From NCBI RefSeq assembly GCF_032116555.1, contig NZ_CP134949.1, positions 1,364,001 to 1,428,000 on the forward strand: 64,000 nucleotides of DNA, given 5' to 3'. The DNA is from Halorarum halobium. Lineage in GTDB: Archaea > Halobacteriota > Halobacteria > Halobacteriales > Haloferacaceae. The position numbers were made by a program, and so were the translations under genes. A model generated the notes under the pieces. It ran no database searches and had not been told where the DNA came from. It saw only the letters and a list, made by a program, of their open reading frames with translations. This document shows, piece by piece, positions 19,064-28,529 of this stretch. Numbering within the stretch: position 1 is the stretch's first letter; every line of letters starts with the position of its first letter.

Positions 19064-19390
19064 GTGCCCATCCCGAAAACCGAGTTCCCGGCGCTGCACC
19101 CGTGTGACTTCTACACGCCGGAGGAGCTCCTCGACCCCGAGCGGATGTACACCGTCTACGAGATCGCCCGGCTGCTCCAGGGACTCGACCCGGACGCGAC
19201 CATCGACGAAGGGACCGAGGAGATCCTCCTCGACTGGACCATCCCGTGGATCATGCGCAACGCGGCGGAGCTGGTCGTCGCGGAACCGCGCACCGACGAC
19301 GAACCGGGCTACTACGGCCTGAAAGAGCCCGGCGACCTCGACCGCGAGTCGGACGAGGACGCCGACGGGCCCCCCGCCCGCGGGGAATGA
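19064..19390 (+). CDS. Conserved haloarchaeal protein (DUF5827-like)
   Basis: MYTVYEIARLLQG and LLDWTIPWI; stop overlaps the next start. Confidence 0.75.
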   Translation: MPIPKTEFPALHPCDFYTPEELLDPERMYTVYEIARLLQGLDPDATIDEGTEEILLDWTIPWIMRNAAELVVAEPRTDDEPGYYGLKEPGDLDRESDEDADGPPARGE

Positions 19391-20250
19391 GGCTGCTCGT
19401 CGCAGGGGGCGACCGCGTCGACGCGGGCAAGACGACGTTCGTGGTCGGGCTCGCAGCCCGCCTCGTCGGCGACGCCGAGGCCACCGCACCTCCGGCCGCC
19501 GGCGACGACGTCGCCGCGTTCAAACCCCGCGCCGGCAACGACGTCTGGTTCGACCACGACGACGTTCGGGCGGCGACGGCCGACGGTCGCCTCTACGGCA
19601 AGGACGTCCGCCGACTCACCGCCGTCGCCGGCGGCGTCCCCGAGGAGCACAATCCGGTCCACCGACTCTGGCGACCGACGCCCGGCCGGACCGGCATGCT
19701 CGGCGACCCGAACCGCACGTTCCTGCTGGACCGCGTCACGACGCCCGACGGCACGGCGTGGGTCCGGAACGCGAACGTGGACCGATCGGACCTCCCGGCA
19801 AGCGTCCGCCAGAAGCTGCCGGTGGCCGACGCGCGGGCGGTCGAGTCGGTCGCGGCGTTCAACGAGACGATGCGCGAGCTGCACCTCTCGGCGCTCGAAC
19901 GGGTCGCCGACCGCATCGACGGAACGGACGCGGCGCTCGTGGAGTCGTACGCCGACATCGCCGACCCGCTCCCCGACGCCGACGTCGGGTACGACGCGGT
20001 CGCGGTCGTCGACCCCGGCCGGGCGCGAGTGTTCGACGGCCCGCGCTGGGAGGCCGCACGCCGGACGGCCGCCGGGAGCGACGCCGAGGGCCAACTGGAG
20101 GAGCGCGTCGAGCGCGTCGCCGGGCTGGTCGAACCGGTCTCCACCCACTCGCTCCCGGCGCTCACGGGCGAGGAACGCGCCGATCCCGCCCGGATCGCGG
20201 AGGCGAACGGCGAGGCGTACGAGTCGCTCCTCTCGCACGCGAGGGACTGA
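19387..20250 (+). CDS. P-loop NTPase of unknown function
   Basis: GGDRVDAGKTT Walker A, AAFKPRAGN, LVESY. Confidence 0.8.
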   Translation: MRLLVAGGDRVDAGKTTFVVGLAARLVGDAEATAPPAAGDDVAAFKPRAGNDVWFDHDDVRAATADGRLYGKDVRRLTAVAGGVPEEHNPVHRLWRPTPGRTGMLGDPNRTFLLDRVTTPDGTAWVRNANVDRSDLPASVRQKLPVADARAVESVAAFNETMRELHLSALERVADRIDGTDAALVESYADIADPLPDADVGYDAVAVVDPGRARVFDGPRWEAARRTAAGSDAEGQLEERVERVAGLVEPVSTHSLPALTGEERADPARIAEANGEAYESLLSHARD

Positions 20251-20279
20251 GCAGACTTCGACCGAAACGTCGCCTCGCG

Positions 20280-20912
20280 TCAACCCATCCTCGCCGACCG
20301 CACGGCGAGTTCGACGTGTTCGCCCGGCGCGTCGAGCACGCTCGGCCCGTGACCGACGTGCATCTCGCGGAGGTCCCCGTCGAGGCGCTCTCGCACCCGG
20401 TCGATGCTACGGATCAGCGCGTCGCGGTCGCCCTCGGCGAGGTCGGTCCGACCGAAGCCGCCGTTCTGAAAGATCAGGTCGCCCGCGAACAGCACCCCGG
20501 CCTCGGGCGCGTACAGGCAGAGGTGGTCGTCCTTGTGCCCGGGCGTGTGGAGCACCTCGTACTCGGCGGTTCCCATCGTCACGGTGCCGCCGTCGGGGAG
20601 TTCGTTGTCGACCTGGTCGAGCGACGCGTCGAACCCCCACGTCTCCACGTCGAACGCGTCGCGGACGGCCGCGAGGTTCCCGACGTGGTCGGGGTGCGTG
20701 TGGGTCAAGACGACGGCGTCGAGGTCCTCGACGTGCTCGCCGATGCGGGCGACGACGTCGAAGTTCGAGCCGGCGTCGACGAGGACGCGCCGGCCCGCGT
20801 CGTTGGCGTCGTTGGCGTCGTTTCGCGGCGGGGAGTCGGCGCCGGGTTCGCCGGCGACGAGGAACGCGTTGCTGGTGAACGCCTGCACGCCGGCAGCGAG
20901 GTTCTCGATCAT
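20280..20912 (-). CDS. Metallo-beta-lactamase fold hydrolase (glyoxalase II-like)
   Basis: THTHPDHVG, HTPGH, FAGDLIF, VGHG. Confidence 0.9.
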   Translation of the reverse strand: MIENLAAGVQAFTSNAFLVAGEPGADSPPRNDANDANDAGRRVLVDAGSNFDVVARIGEHVEDLDAVVLTHTHPDHVGNLAAVRDAFDVETWGFDASLDQVDNELPDGGTVTMGTAEYEVLHTPGHKDDHLCLYAPEAGVLFAGDLIFQNGGFGRTDLAEGDRDALIRSIDRVRERLDGDLREMHVGHGPSVLDAPGEHVELAVRSARMG

Positions 20913-20997
20913 GTGCTGGGAGTTGGCGGGGGTGGGACTTGCCGTTTCCCATCGATTCCGGCGTGTCCGCTCGATCGTTGGTTCGGTGGTCGCTTCG

Positions 20998-21232
20998 ACC
21001 GCTTCGAAAGTCCCACCCGCTGTGACCGCCCCGCACCTCACCCTCCCTTACCTCGGAGCACGCTCCTCGGAACTCACCCTCGCTCCGCTCGCGTGAACAG
21101 CCTCCTGCGCTCCTCGTTCGCAGGCTCGCTGTCGTTCGAAATGCGCTTCGCGCCTTTCGTGATGACGAGACGCCAAGGCGTCTCGAACCACGGTACTCGT
21201 CCCTCGCGCGCGTCGCCGTCACGCGCGCCACC
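20998..21232. repeat. Palindromic intergenic repeat, copy 2, with inserted twin-hairpin cassette
   Basis: 21036-21130 matches 9179-9273 with about 2 mismatches; extra segment at 21131-21190. Confidence 0.85.
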
Positions 21233-21343
21233 GCACTCGGCCGATTCGGTGCGGGGGGTCGGGTGCCGTCGCCCCACTCGGTCATGCTCGTGGGGGTCGC
21301 CCGCTCCGGAACAATTTAGCCGGGCGGGGTCCCCTCCTCGCAC

Positions 21344-22345
21344 ATGCAACAGTACCTCGACCTCGTCGAGCGCGTCCTCCGGACCGGGACGCACAAGCCC
21401 AACCGCACGGGCGTCGACACGGTCTCCTCGTTCGCCGAGCAGTACGAGGTGGACCTGTCCGCGGGGTTCCCGCTGCTGACGACGAAGGACCTCTCGGGGT
21501 TCCGCTGGAACTCGCTGATCCACGAGTTCTGCTGGTACCTCTCGGGCGAGGAACACATCCGCGAACTCCGCGAGGAGACGGGCATCTGGGACGCCTGGGC
21601 CGACGAGGAGGGCCACCTCGACACCGCCTACGGGCGCTTCTGGCGTCGCTACCCCATCCCGGAGGAGGGCCTGCCGGGCGAGACCTGGGCCGACGAGGGC
21701 CACCGCTGGGTGAACGAGGACGAGCGGACGTTCGACCAGATCCGGTACGTCCTCGACACGCTGCGCGAGAACCCCAACTCCCGCCGCATCGTCGTCGACG
21801 CCTGGCACCCCGCGAACGCGACCGTCTCGACGCTCCCGCCGTGTCACTACACGTTCGTCTTCAACGTGCAGGGCGACCGCCTCAACCTCCAGTTGACCCA
21901 GCGCTCGGGCGACATCGCGCTCGGCGTGCCGTTCAACGTCGCGGCCTATTCGATGCTCCTGATCGCCGTCGCCCAGCGCACCGGCTTCGAGCCCGGCACG
22001 TTCGCCCACACAGTCACCGACGCCCACGTCTACTGCGGGAGCGGCGACAGGGGGGCGTGGTACGGCGACCGCGGCGACGAACTCGCGGACCGACTGGCCG
22101 ACGTGAGCGACCGGCGGGAGTACCGCGACGTCGCCGACTGGGTGGAGCGGCGGGCGCCGCCGGAGGCCGAGGGCGAGCGGGATCAGGACCACGTGCCGGG
22201 TCTGCTCCGCCAGCTCTCGCGAGAGCCCCGCGAGCGCCCACGGATCGAGATCGCCGACGTGCCCCTCGACGAGTTGACGGCCGAGGACGTCCGGCTCCGC
22301 GAGTACGACCCGGCCGACGGGATCCGGTTCGCGGTCGCCGAGTGA
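21344..22345 (+). CDS. thyA: Thymidylate synthase (ThyA type)
   Basis: NRTGVDT, FPLLTTK, LPPCH, QRSGDIALGVPFN, DAHVY. Confidence 0.95.
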   Translation: MQQYLDLVERVLRTGTHKPNRTGVDTVSSFAEQYEVDLSAGFPLLTTKDLSGFRWNSLIHEFCWYLSGEEHIRELREETGIWDAWADEEGHLDTAYGRFWRRYPIPEEGLPGETWADEGHRWVNEDERTFDQIRYVLDTLRENPNSRRIVVDAWHPANATVSTLPPCHYTFVFNVQGDRLNLQLTQRSGDIALGVPFNVAAYSMLLIAVAQRTGFEPGTFAHTVTDAHVYCGSGDRGAWYGDRGDELADRLADVSDRREYRDVADWVERRAPPEAEGERDQDHVPGLLRQLSREPRERPRIEIADVPLDELTAEDVRLREYDPADGIRFAVAE

Positions 22346-22348
22346 GCG

Positions 22349-22837
22349 ATGGAGCTGGTCATCATCGCCGCGGTCGCCGACAACGGCGTCATCGGCGCCG
22401 ACGGCGACATCCCGTGGCACCATCCCGAAGACCTCCGCCACTTCAAGGAGACGACGATTGGCTCGCCGGTCATCATGGGCAGGCGTACCTACGAGTCGAT
22501 CGCGCGTGATCTGGGCGGCCCGCTCCCGGGTCGCACGAACGTCGTGCTCTCGCGCTCGAACCCCGATCTCCCCGACGACGTCTTGGTGGCCGAATCGCCC
22601 GACGAGGCCGTCGAGGCCGCCGAAGCGACCGGCGCGGACGTGGCGTACGTCGCCGGCGGCGGCGCGGTGTACGAGGCGTTCCTCGACCGCGCGGACCGGA
22701 TGGTGCTCACCGAACTCGACGAGGCCCACGAGGGCGACACGACGTTCCCGGCGTGGGACGAGACGCGGTGGCGGGAGCGACGCCGCGACCGGGGTGACGG
22801 GGTCGCGTTCGTCCGGTACGAACGGGTTGAGGGATAG
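22349..22837 (+). CDS. folA: Dihydrofolate reductase
   Basis: NGVIG, IPW, MGRRTYESI, PLPGRTNVVLSR, GGGAVY, GDTTFP. Confidence 0.95.
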   Translation: MELVIIAAVADNGVIGADGDIPWHHPEDLRHFKETTIGSPVIMGRRTYESIARDLGGPLPGRTNVVLSRSNPDLPDDVLVAESPDEAVEAAEATGADVAYVAGGGAVYEAFLDRADRMVLTELDEAHEGDTTFPAWDETRWRERRRDRGDGVAFVRYERVEG

Positions 22838-22851
22838 ACGCCCGGGGCCGA

Positions 22852-23535
22852 TCAGTCGCGGCGTCGCCGCTCCGCGTGCCGGTCCAGCGACTCCCGGGCG
22901 GTGAGCGTGTTCCTGAGGAGGTTCGAGACGCCCCGGCGGAGTCGCTCCGAGACGGCGTTCGTCGAGACGCCGAGGTCGGCGGCGAGTTCGGACGCGGTCG
23001 CCCGCCGCGGGATGTCGAAGTAGCCCCGCTCCAGGGCGGCAACGAGCGTCTCCCGTTGCACACCGGTCAGCGTGAACTCGGGGTGGCGCGGATCGGTCGG
23101 ACTGTAGAGCCGCTCCAGCGAGAACGTCAGGTCGCCGTCGTCGAACCGCGACTTGAGCGCCGACAGCTCCGACCGGTCGTGAACCCGCAGTTTGATCCTC
23201 CACCCGTTCCGGTTCCCGGCGACCGCGACCAGCGTCCCCGACCGCTCGAAGACCTCAGTGACGAGTCGTTCGACCGCCTCCGCCCACCTGACCCGGTAGA
23301 GGACGACCGACTCGAACTCGTCGCTCACCGTCGCGGACCGGACCGTCGGGTCGTCGTCGACCTCCGCCCGGAACGCGTCGACGTCCCCGCCGCTCACCCA
23401 GAGACACGGCGTGACCCACTCCCGGCTGCGGGTGACGACCCGTTCGAACTCGGCGGTCGCGTCCGGCGCGGCGTTCAGTGTCCGGCCGAGCGCGAACTGC
23501 TCGGCCGGCACCGAGAAATCCGCGATGATGCTCAT
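22852..23535 (-). CDS. Bat-like C-terminal HTH (HTH_10) regulator
   Basis: LTGVQRETLVAALERGYFDIPR and AVSERLRRG; start at ATG 23535. Confidence 0.85.
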   Translation of the reverse strand: MSIIADFSVPAEQFALGRTLNAAPDATAEFERVVTRSREWVTPCLWVSGGDVDAFRAEVDDDPTVRSATVSDEFESVVLYRVRWAEAVERLVTEVFERSGTLVAVAGNRNGWRIKLRVHDRSELSALKSRFDDGDLTFSLERLYSPTDPRHPEFTLTGVQRETLVAALERGYFDIPRRATASELAADLGVSTNAVSERLRRGVSNLLRNTLTARESLDRHAERRRRD

Positions 23536-23748
23536 GGGAGACGTCTGACGCCGTGTTCCATAGTTCCACGGCACCGCCGCGCTGGCGCCTCCTGTACCGA
23601 GAACGGGGTTTCCGGCCGGGGTCGAGACTGGGGTGTCGAAACTCGAGTGTCGAGACTGTGATTCCCCGTGGGTTCGCTGCCGGGTCGAGAGCGCGCGCGT
23701 GGACCGTCGTGCGAAACCGATTTCCCCCCGGCCGCCGCCGGTCGCGGT

Positions 23749-24771
23749 ATGGAGCGTCCGCTCGGCTCGCTCGCCTGCTGTCTCCTGCTGGTCCTGGCCG
23801 GGTGCGCGTCGGTCCCGGCACCCGAGGGGCTGCCGGACCAGCCGGGCGCTGGAACCGCCGACGCCGACCCGTCGCCCTCGTCGCTCCCGCCGGTGACGCC
23901 GGGGTCGACCACCCCGCCTCCCGACGGCACGACGGTGACGGTCGTCGAAGTCGTCGACGGCGACACGGTCCGGATCCGATACGGGAACGGGACGCGCGAC
24001 ACGGCGCGCCTGCTCGGGGTCGACACCCCGGAGGTGTACGGCGAGAACACGCCCGGCGAGTTCGAGGGGGTCCCCGACACGGCGGCCGGCCGGTCCTGTC
24101 TCGGCGAGTACGGGGACCGCGCGAGCGCGTTCGCCGACCGTCGGCTCGCGGGCGAGGAGGTGACCGTCAGCTTCGACGCGAACGAGCCGAGACGCGGCTA
24201 CTACGACCGCCTGCTCGTCTACGTCCACCACGACGGCCACGAGTTCAACCGCCTGCTCGTCCACCGCGGACTCGGCCGCGTCTACGACTCCTCCTTCGAG
24301 AAGCGGGACGCCTACTACGCCACGGAAGCCGACGCGATGGACGCCGGGCGCGGGCTCTGGACGTGCCGCGACGGCGAGGCCGGAACGCGCACGTCGACCG
24401 TCACCGCGCCGGCGCCCGCGACCGGGACGCCCACGTCGGAAACCGGGGTCGTCATCTCGAAACTCCACGCCGACGCCGAGGGGCCGGACGGCGAGAACCT
24501 GACCGACGAGTACGTCGTCGTGACGAACCGGGGTGAGGACCCGGTCGAACTCGCCGGCTGGACCCTCGCCGAGGCCGCGGGCCGGACCTACACGTTCCCG
24601 GGATCGACGACGCTCGCGGCGGGCGAGTCGGTCACCGTCCACGTCGGCGAGGGGACCGACGGCGACGGCCACCTGTACTGGGGACGGACGAGCCCGATCC
24701 TGAACAACGACGGCGAGACGGTCACGCTCCGTGACGCCAGCGGGGCGGTGGTCGCGGAACGGTCGGGGTGA
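23749..24771 (+). CDS. Lipoprotein with thermonuclease (SNase) and lamin-tail domains
   Basis: Lipobox LAGC, VVDGDTV, RLLGVDTPE, YYDRLLVYV; C-terminal EYVVVTN...LNNDGETVTL. Confidence 0.85.
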   Translation: MERPLGSLACCLLLVLAGCASVPAPEGLPDQPGAGTADADPSPSSLPPVTPGSTTPPPDGTTVTVVEVVDGDTVRIRYGNGTRDTARLLGVDTPEVYGENTPGEFEGVPDTAAGRSCLGEYGDRASAFADRRLAGEEVTVSFDANEPRRGYYDRLLVYVHHDGHEFNRLLVHRGLGRVYDSSFEKRDAYYATEADAMDAGRGLWTCRDGEAGTRTSTVTAPAPATGTPTSETGVVISKLHADAEGPDGENLTDEYVVVTNRGEDPVELAGWTLAEAAGRTYTFPGSTTLAAGESVTVHVGEGTDGDGHLYWGRTSPILNNDGETVTLRDASGAVVAERSG

Positions 24772-24905
24772 GCGGTCCAACGTTGGCCGTTCAACGTGAA
24801 CGGTCCAGCGTGAACGGTCGGCGTGAGCGGTCGGGCGAGCGTTCACGTGACGTGTGATACCACCGGCCACAGCCTATTTCTCGCTGGACTGGGACCGACC
24901 CACGT

Positions 24906-25097
24906 ATGTCCAGCAAGGCGACCTTCGAGCTGTACGAGGACAGCGCCGGCCAGTGGCGCTGGCGACTCGTTCACGACAACGGTCGGATCATCGCGGACTC
25001 GGGTGAGGGGTACGCGAGCAAGCAGAAGGCGACGGAGGGGCTCGAAAGCGTCAGGGAGAACGCGACCGGGGCCGACGTCGTCACGGTCGAAGGCTGA
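24906..25097 (+). CDS. DUF1508 / HVO_2922-like small protein
   Basis: FELYEDSAGQWRWRL and IIADSGEGY. Confidence 0.85.
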   Translation: MSSKATFELYEDSAGQWRWRLVHDNGRIIADSGEGYASKQKATEGLESVRENATGADVVTVEG

Positions 25098-25198
25098 GCC
25101 GTCGCTACAATTCCTTTTAGGGAGGGTTTTTCCGACAGCGCCACATAGCCGGTGGCGATGAGAGATTCCGTGAGGGCCGGCAGCGCCGGAGGCGAACG

Positions 25199-25939
25199 AT
25201 GAAGGGCAACGACCAGCAGGCGTACGACCGCGGGACGTCCCTGTTCTCGCCCGACGGCCGGATCTATCAGGTGGAGTACGCACGCGAGGCGGTCTCGCGG
25301 GGCGCACCATCCGTGGGCGTTCGGACGGCCGACGGCGTCGTCCTCGCGGCCCAGGCGCGGGCCTCCTCGACGCTGATGGAGTCCGAGTCCATCGAGAAGC
25401 TCCACAAGCTCGACGACCACGTCGGCACCGCGAGCGCGGGCCACGTCGCCGACGCCCGTCAGCTCATCGACTACGCTCGGCGGATGGCACAGGGCAACCG
25501 CCTCCGCTACGGCGAATCGGTGGGCGTCGAGACGCTGACCAAGCACGTCACCGACCACATCCAGGAGAACACCCAGCGGGGCGGCACGCGCCCGTACGGC
25601 GCGGCGCTGCTCGTCGGCGGCGTCGAGAACGGGCGCGCACGCCTGTTCGGCGCGGACCCGTCGGGGACGCCCCACGAGTGGAAGGCGACCGCCATCGGCG
25701 GCTCGCGCAGCGAGATCCAGGAGGTGCTCGAGGAGGGCTGGACCGACCAGCTCTCGCTCGATGGCGGCATCGACCTCGCGCTCCGCGCGCTGCTCACGGC
25801 CGATGACGAACTCGAAGCCGGCGACCTGAGCATCGCCACCATCACCGCGGCGGACGGCTATCGGGCGCTCTCGACCGACGACATCGAGGACCTGGTCGGC
25901 GGGATCGACGTCGAATCCGCCGACGACGAGGAAGAGTAG
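25199..25939 (+). CDS. psmA: Proteasome alpha subunit
   Basis: YDRGTSLFSPDGRIYQVEYAREAV, RPYGAALL, DPSG. Confidence 0.92.
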   Translation: MKGNDQQAYDRGTSLFSPDGRIYQVEYAREAVSRGAPSVGVRTADGVVLAAQARASSTLMESESIEKLHKLDDHVGTASAGHVADARQLIDYARRMAQGNRLRYGESVGVETLTKHVTDHIQENTQRGGTRPYGAALLVGGVENGRARLFGADPSGTPHEWKATAIGGSRSEIQEVLEEGWTDQLSLDGGIDLALRALLTADDELEAGDLSIATITAADGYRALSTDDIEDLVGGIDVESADDEEE

Positions 25940-26076
25940 CGCCGCGCTCGCCGCACGGTTCCCGAACTCGTTTTCGGAGTCAGATTCCGCCGGGAGCGAC
26001 GTCCACGGGCGACGACGCCCGCGGGACCATCGCCGGAATCGGACGACTTTAGCGACCCGCGGTCGTTTCCGGACGC

Positions 26077-26874
26077 ATGTCCCTCGCGACGCTCGACCGA
26101 CTCCGCGTGTTCCCGATCAAGTCGCTCGACGGGGTCGACGTGGACGCCACACGACTCGGCGACGCCGGTGGTCTCGCCGGCGACCGGGAGTTCGCCATCG
26201 TCGACGGCGAGTACGTCAACGGGAAACGGGAGCGGGCCATCCACCGCGTCTCGGCCGCCTACGACCTCGACGCTCGCACGGTCTCGCTCGCCGCGCCCGG
26301 AACGGACGACGGCGCGTTCCACCTGGACGGGGACCGCGAGGGGATCGAACGCTGGCTCGGCGAGTTCCTCGGCTACGACGTCTCGCTCGTCGCGGAGCGG
26401 CCGGGCGGCTACCCGGACGACACCGAGGCGGCGGGGCCGACCGTGATCTCGACCGCCACGCTTCGGGCGGTCGCGTCCTGGTTCGACGGCATCGACGCGG
26501 ACGGCATGCGGCGTCGGCTCAGGGCGAACGTCGAACTCGGGGCCGACGACCCGTTCGTCGAGGACCGGCTGTTCGGCTCGCGGGGCGAACACGTGGCCTT
26601 CACCGTCGGCGGGACGCGACTGGAGGGCGTCAACCCCTGTCAGCGATGCGTCGTCCCGTCGCGGGACCCCGACACCGGCGAGGAGCGTCCCGGGTTCAGG
26701 AAGCGGTTCGTCGAGCGACGGCGCGAGACGCTCCCGGAGTGGAGCGACGGCGACCGGTTCGACCACCCGTTCCGGGTGATGGTGAACACGACGGTCCCGG
26801 AGTCCGCCCGGGGTGAACCTCTCCGCGTCGGCGACGAGGTGGCGGTGCAGGGGACGGTCGCCATCGAGGCGTAA
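26077..26874 (+). CDS. MOSC-domain protein
   Basis: VFPIKSLDG, GDREFAI, RLRANV, PCQRCVVP. Confidence 0.85.
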   Translation: MSLATLDRLRVFPIKSLDGVDVDATRLGDAGGLAGDREFAIVDGEYVNGKRERAIHRVSAAYDLDARTVSLAAPGTDDGAFHLDGDREGIERWLGEFLGYDVSLVAERPGGYPDDTEAAGPTVISTATLRAVASWFDGIDADGMRRRLRANVELGADDPFVEDRLFGSRGEHVAFTVGGTRLEGVNPCQRCVVPSRDPDTGEERPGFRKRFVERRRETLPEWSDGDRFDHPFRVMVNTTVPESARGEPLRVGDEVAVQGTVAIEA

Positions 26875-26881
26875 CCCGCGT

Positions 26882-27637
26882 TCAGACCGCGTCCCGCTCG
26901 GACTCGATGAGGTCGACGTACGCCCCGGTGACCCGCTCCAAAATCAGCTCGCCGGCCTCCGCGGTCGCCTCCCGCGGGTCGCCGAGGACGCCGGTTTCCG
27001 TGATCGATTCGAACCCCTCGCTGAGCAGCCGGGCGGTGCTCACCTCCCCCTCGTGTCCGGGTTCCAGGCGATCCGTCCGGACGAGCCCCTCCTCGACGGC
27101 CATGACGATCGCCGTCTCGGCCGCGCCCGCGTGGATCACGGGCTCCTCGTCGAGCCCCGCCTCGCGCAGCCCCTCGTTCTGTAGCGACATGAGTTCGTGG
27201 AGGTCGGCGACCGCGATCACGTTCGCGTCGACCTCGCGGGCGAGTTCGGGCGCGACGGTGTTGACCGGCGCGAAGTTGCCGCCGTGGCTCGGAACGAGCG
27301 CGACGTGCTCGAAGCCGTGTTCGTCCAGCGACCGGCAGTACGCGCGGATGGTGTCCATCAGCGTCTCGGCGGGGACCGTGATCGTGCCGGGGAACTCCAT
27401 GTGGTGGCCCGAGCAGCCGGGTCTGATGGTCGGTGCCGCGAGCGCGTCGCCCAGTTCCGCCGCGATGCGTCTCGCGAGTTCGTCGCCGGCGAGCGTGTCC
27501 ATCACGAGCGGCAGGTGCGGCCCGTGCTGTTCGACGGAGCCGACGGCGACGACCGCGGTCCGGCTGCCGTCCTCGAGCGCCGACTCGACTTCCGTCCAGC
27601 TCAGCTCCTCGAGCAGGACCGACGTGCGAGAAGACAT
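26882..27637 (-). CDS. Creatininase / creatinine amidohydrolase family protein
   Basis: GSVEQHGPHLP..D, HMEFPGT, SHGGN, HAGAAET. Confidence 0.88.
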   Translation of the reverse strand: MSSRTSVLLEELSWTEVESALEDGSRTAVVAVGSVEQHGPHLPLVMDTLAGDELARRIAAELGDALAAPTIRPGCSGHHMEFPGTITVPAETLMDTIRAYCRSLDEHGFEHVALVPSHGGNFAPVNTVAPELAREVDANVIAVADLHELMSLQNEGLREAGLDEEPVIHAGAAETAIVMAVEEGLVRTDRLEPGHEGEVSTARLLSEGFESITETGVLGDPREATAEAGELILERVTGAYVDLIESERDAV

Positions 27638-27731
27638 CAGGTTGTAGCTACGGACCGGGCCGAACGAGTCTGCGGGTTGCGGACACTATCGCCGGGATCT
27701 CGCCGGTGGAACGGCGTTCGAGGAGGAATCT

Positions 27732-28007
27732 TCAGCTGCCGTCCGCCCGCTCCTCGTACTCCTCGGGCGTGTACGTCTTGATCTCCAGGGCGTGGACGTC
27801 CCGCGTCATCGCGTCGCCGACCGCGTCGTAGACGAGCTGGTGCTGCTGGACGAGCGACTCCCCCGCGAAGGCGGGCGAGACGACGACCGCGGCGAAGTGC
27901 TGGTCCTCGTGGTCGGGATCCGGCGCGCGCGGCGTCGTCACCGTCGCCTCCGCGTCCTCGATGCCGGCCTCGATCGCCGCTTCGACGTCGTCGGCGTCCA
28001 TGGTCAT
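27732..28007 (-). CDS. BolA family protein
   Basis: HFAAVVVSPAF, QHQLVY, VHALEIKT. Confidence 0.9.
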   Translation of the reverse strand: MTMDADDVEAAIEAGIEDAEATVTTPRAPDPDHEDQHFAAVVVSPAFAGESLVQQHQLVYDAVGDAMTRDVHALEIKTYTPEEYEERADGS

Positions 28008-28064
28008 ACCTCCCGGTGGGCGCCGAGAGTGGAAAAGCGGTCGGATGTGCGGACGGCCGCCGGC

Positions 28065-28310
28065 TTATTCGAGGACGTAGCGGTCACCCTCGCGTGCGAC
28101 CAGCCCGTTCGTCCGGAGCGTCTTCAGAATGGCGTACAGCGAGATGCGTTTCATGTCCAGTCCCTCCAGGAGCTCCGTCTCGGTGACCGCGCCGTGGGTC
28201 GCCAGATACAGGTAGACCAGTTTCGCGCGCGGCGAGGAGAGCTCGCGTGGCACGCGCTGCATCGTCGGCTCGACGTCACCCATCGACTCGGATCGGATCT
28301 GCGCCTGCAT
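28065..28310 (-). CDS. Small wHTH (TrmB-like) protein
   Basis: SPRAKLVYLYL and SLYAILKTLRTNGLV. Confidence 0.75.
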   Translation of the reverse strand: MQAQIRSESMGDVEPTMQRVPRELSSPRAKLVYLYLATHGAVTETELLEGLDMKRISLYAILKTLRTNGLVAREGDRYVLE

Positions 28311-28529
28311 CGTCTTACGTCTCCCCACCGCTTCGACACCCGTAAAACCTCGGTACGACTATCGTCGAAACGCCGGGGAGAGCCCCCCACGACCGCGAAA
28401 CGTGGCGGTTCGAGGCTCGTCCCGAACCGGAGCCTCACGACGTCGGCGCTCGTCGAGGTCGAACTTCGACTCGTGACGGACCGCCCCGGCAAAATTCGCG
28501 TCCCGGTCGGCGTGGGCGGCGTGGTCGGG

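Noticed and set aside
20930..21018. 11-bp inverted repeat GGGTGGGACTT/AAGTCCCACCC as MITE termini
   Set aside because: One arm is part of repeat module A and the other overlaps a promoter region; no target duplication is visible
21344..22837. Bacterial-type thyA-folA operon in an archaeon
   Set aside because: Already well known in haloarchaea
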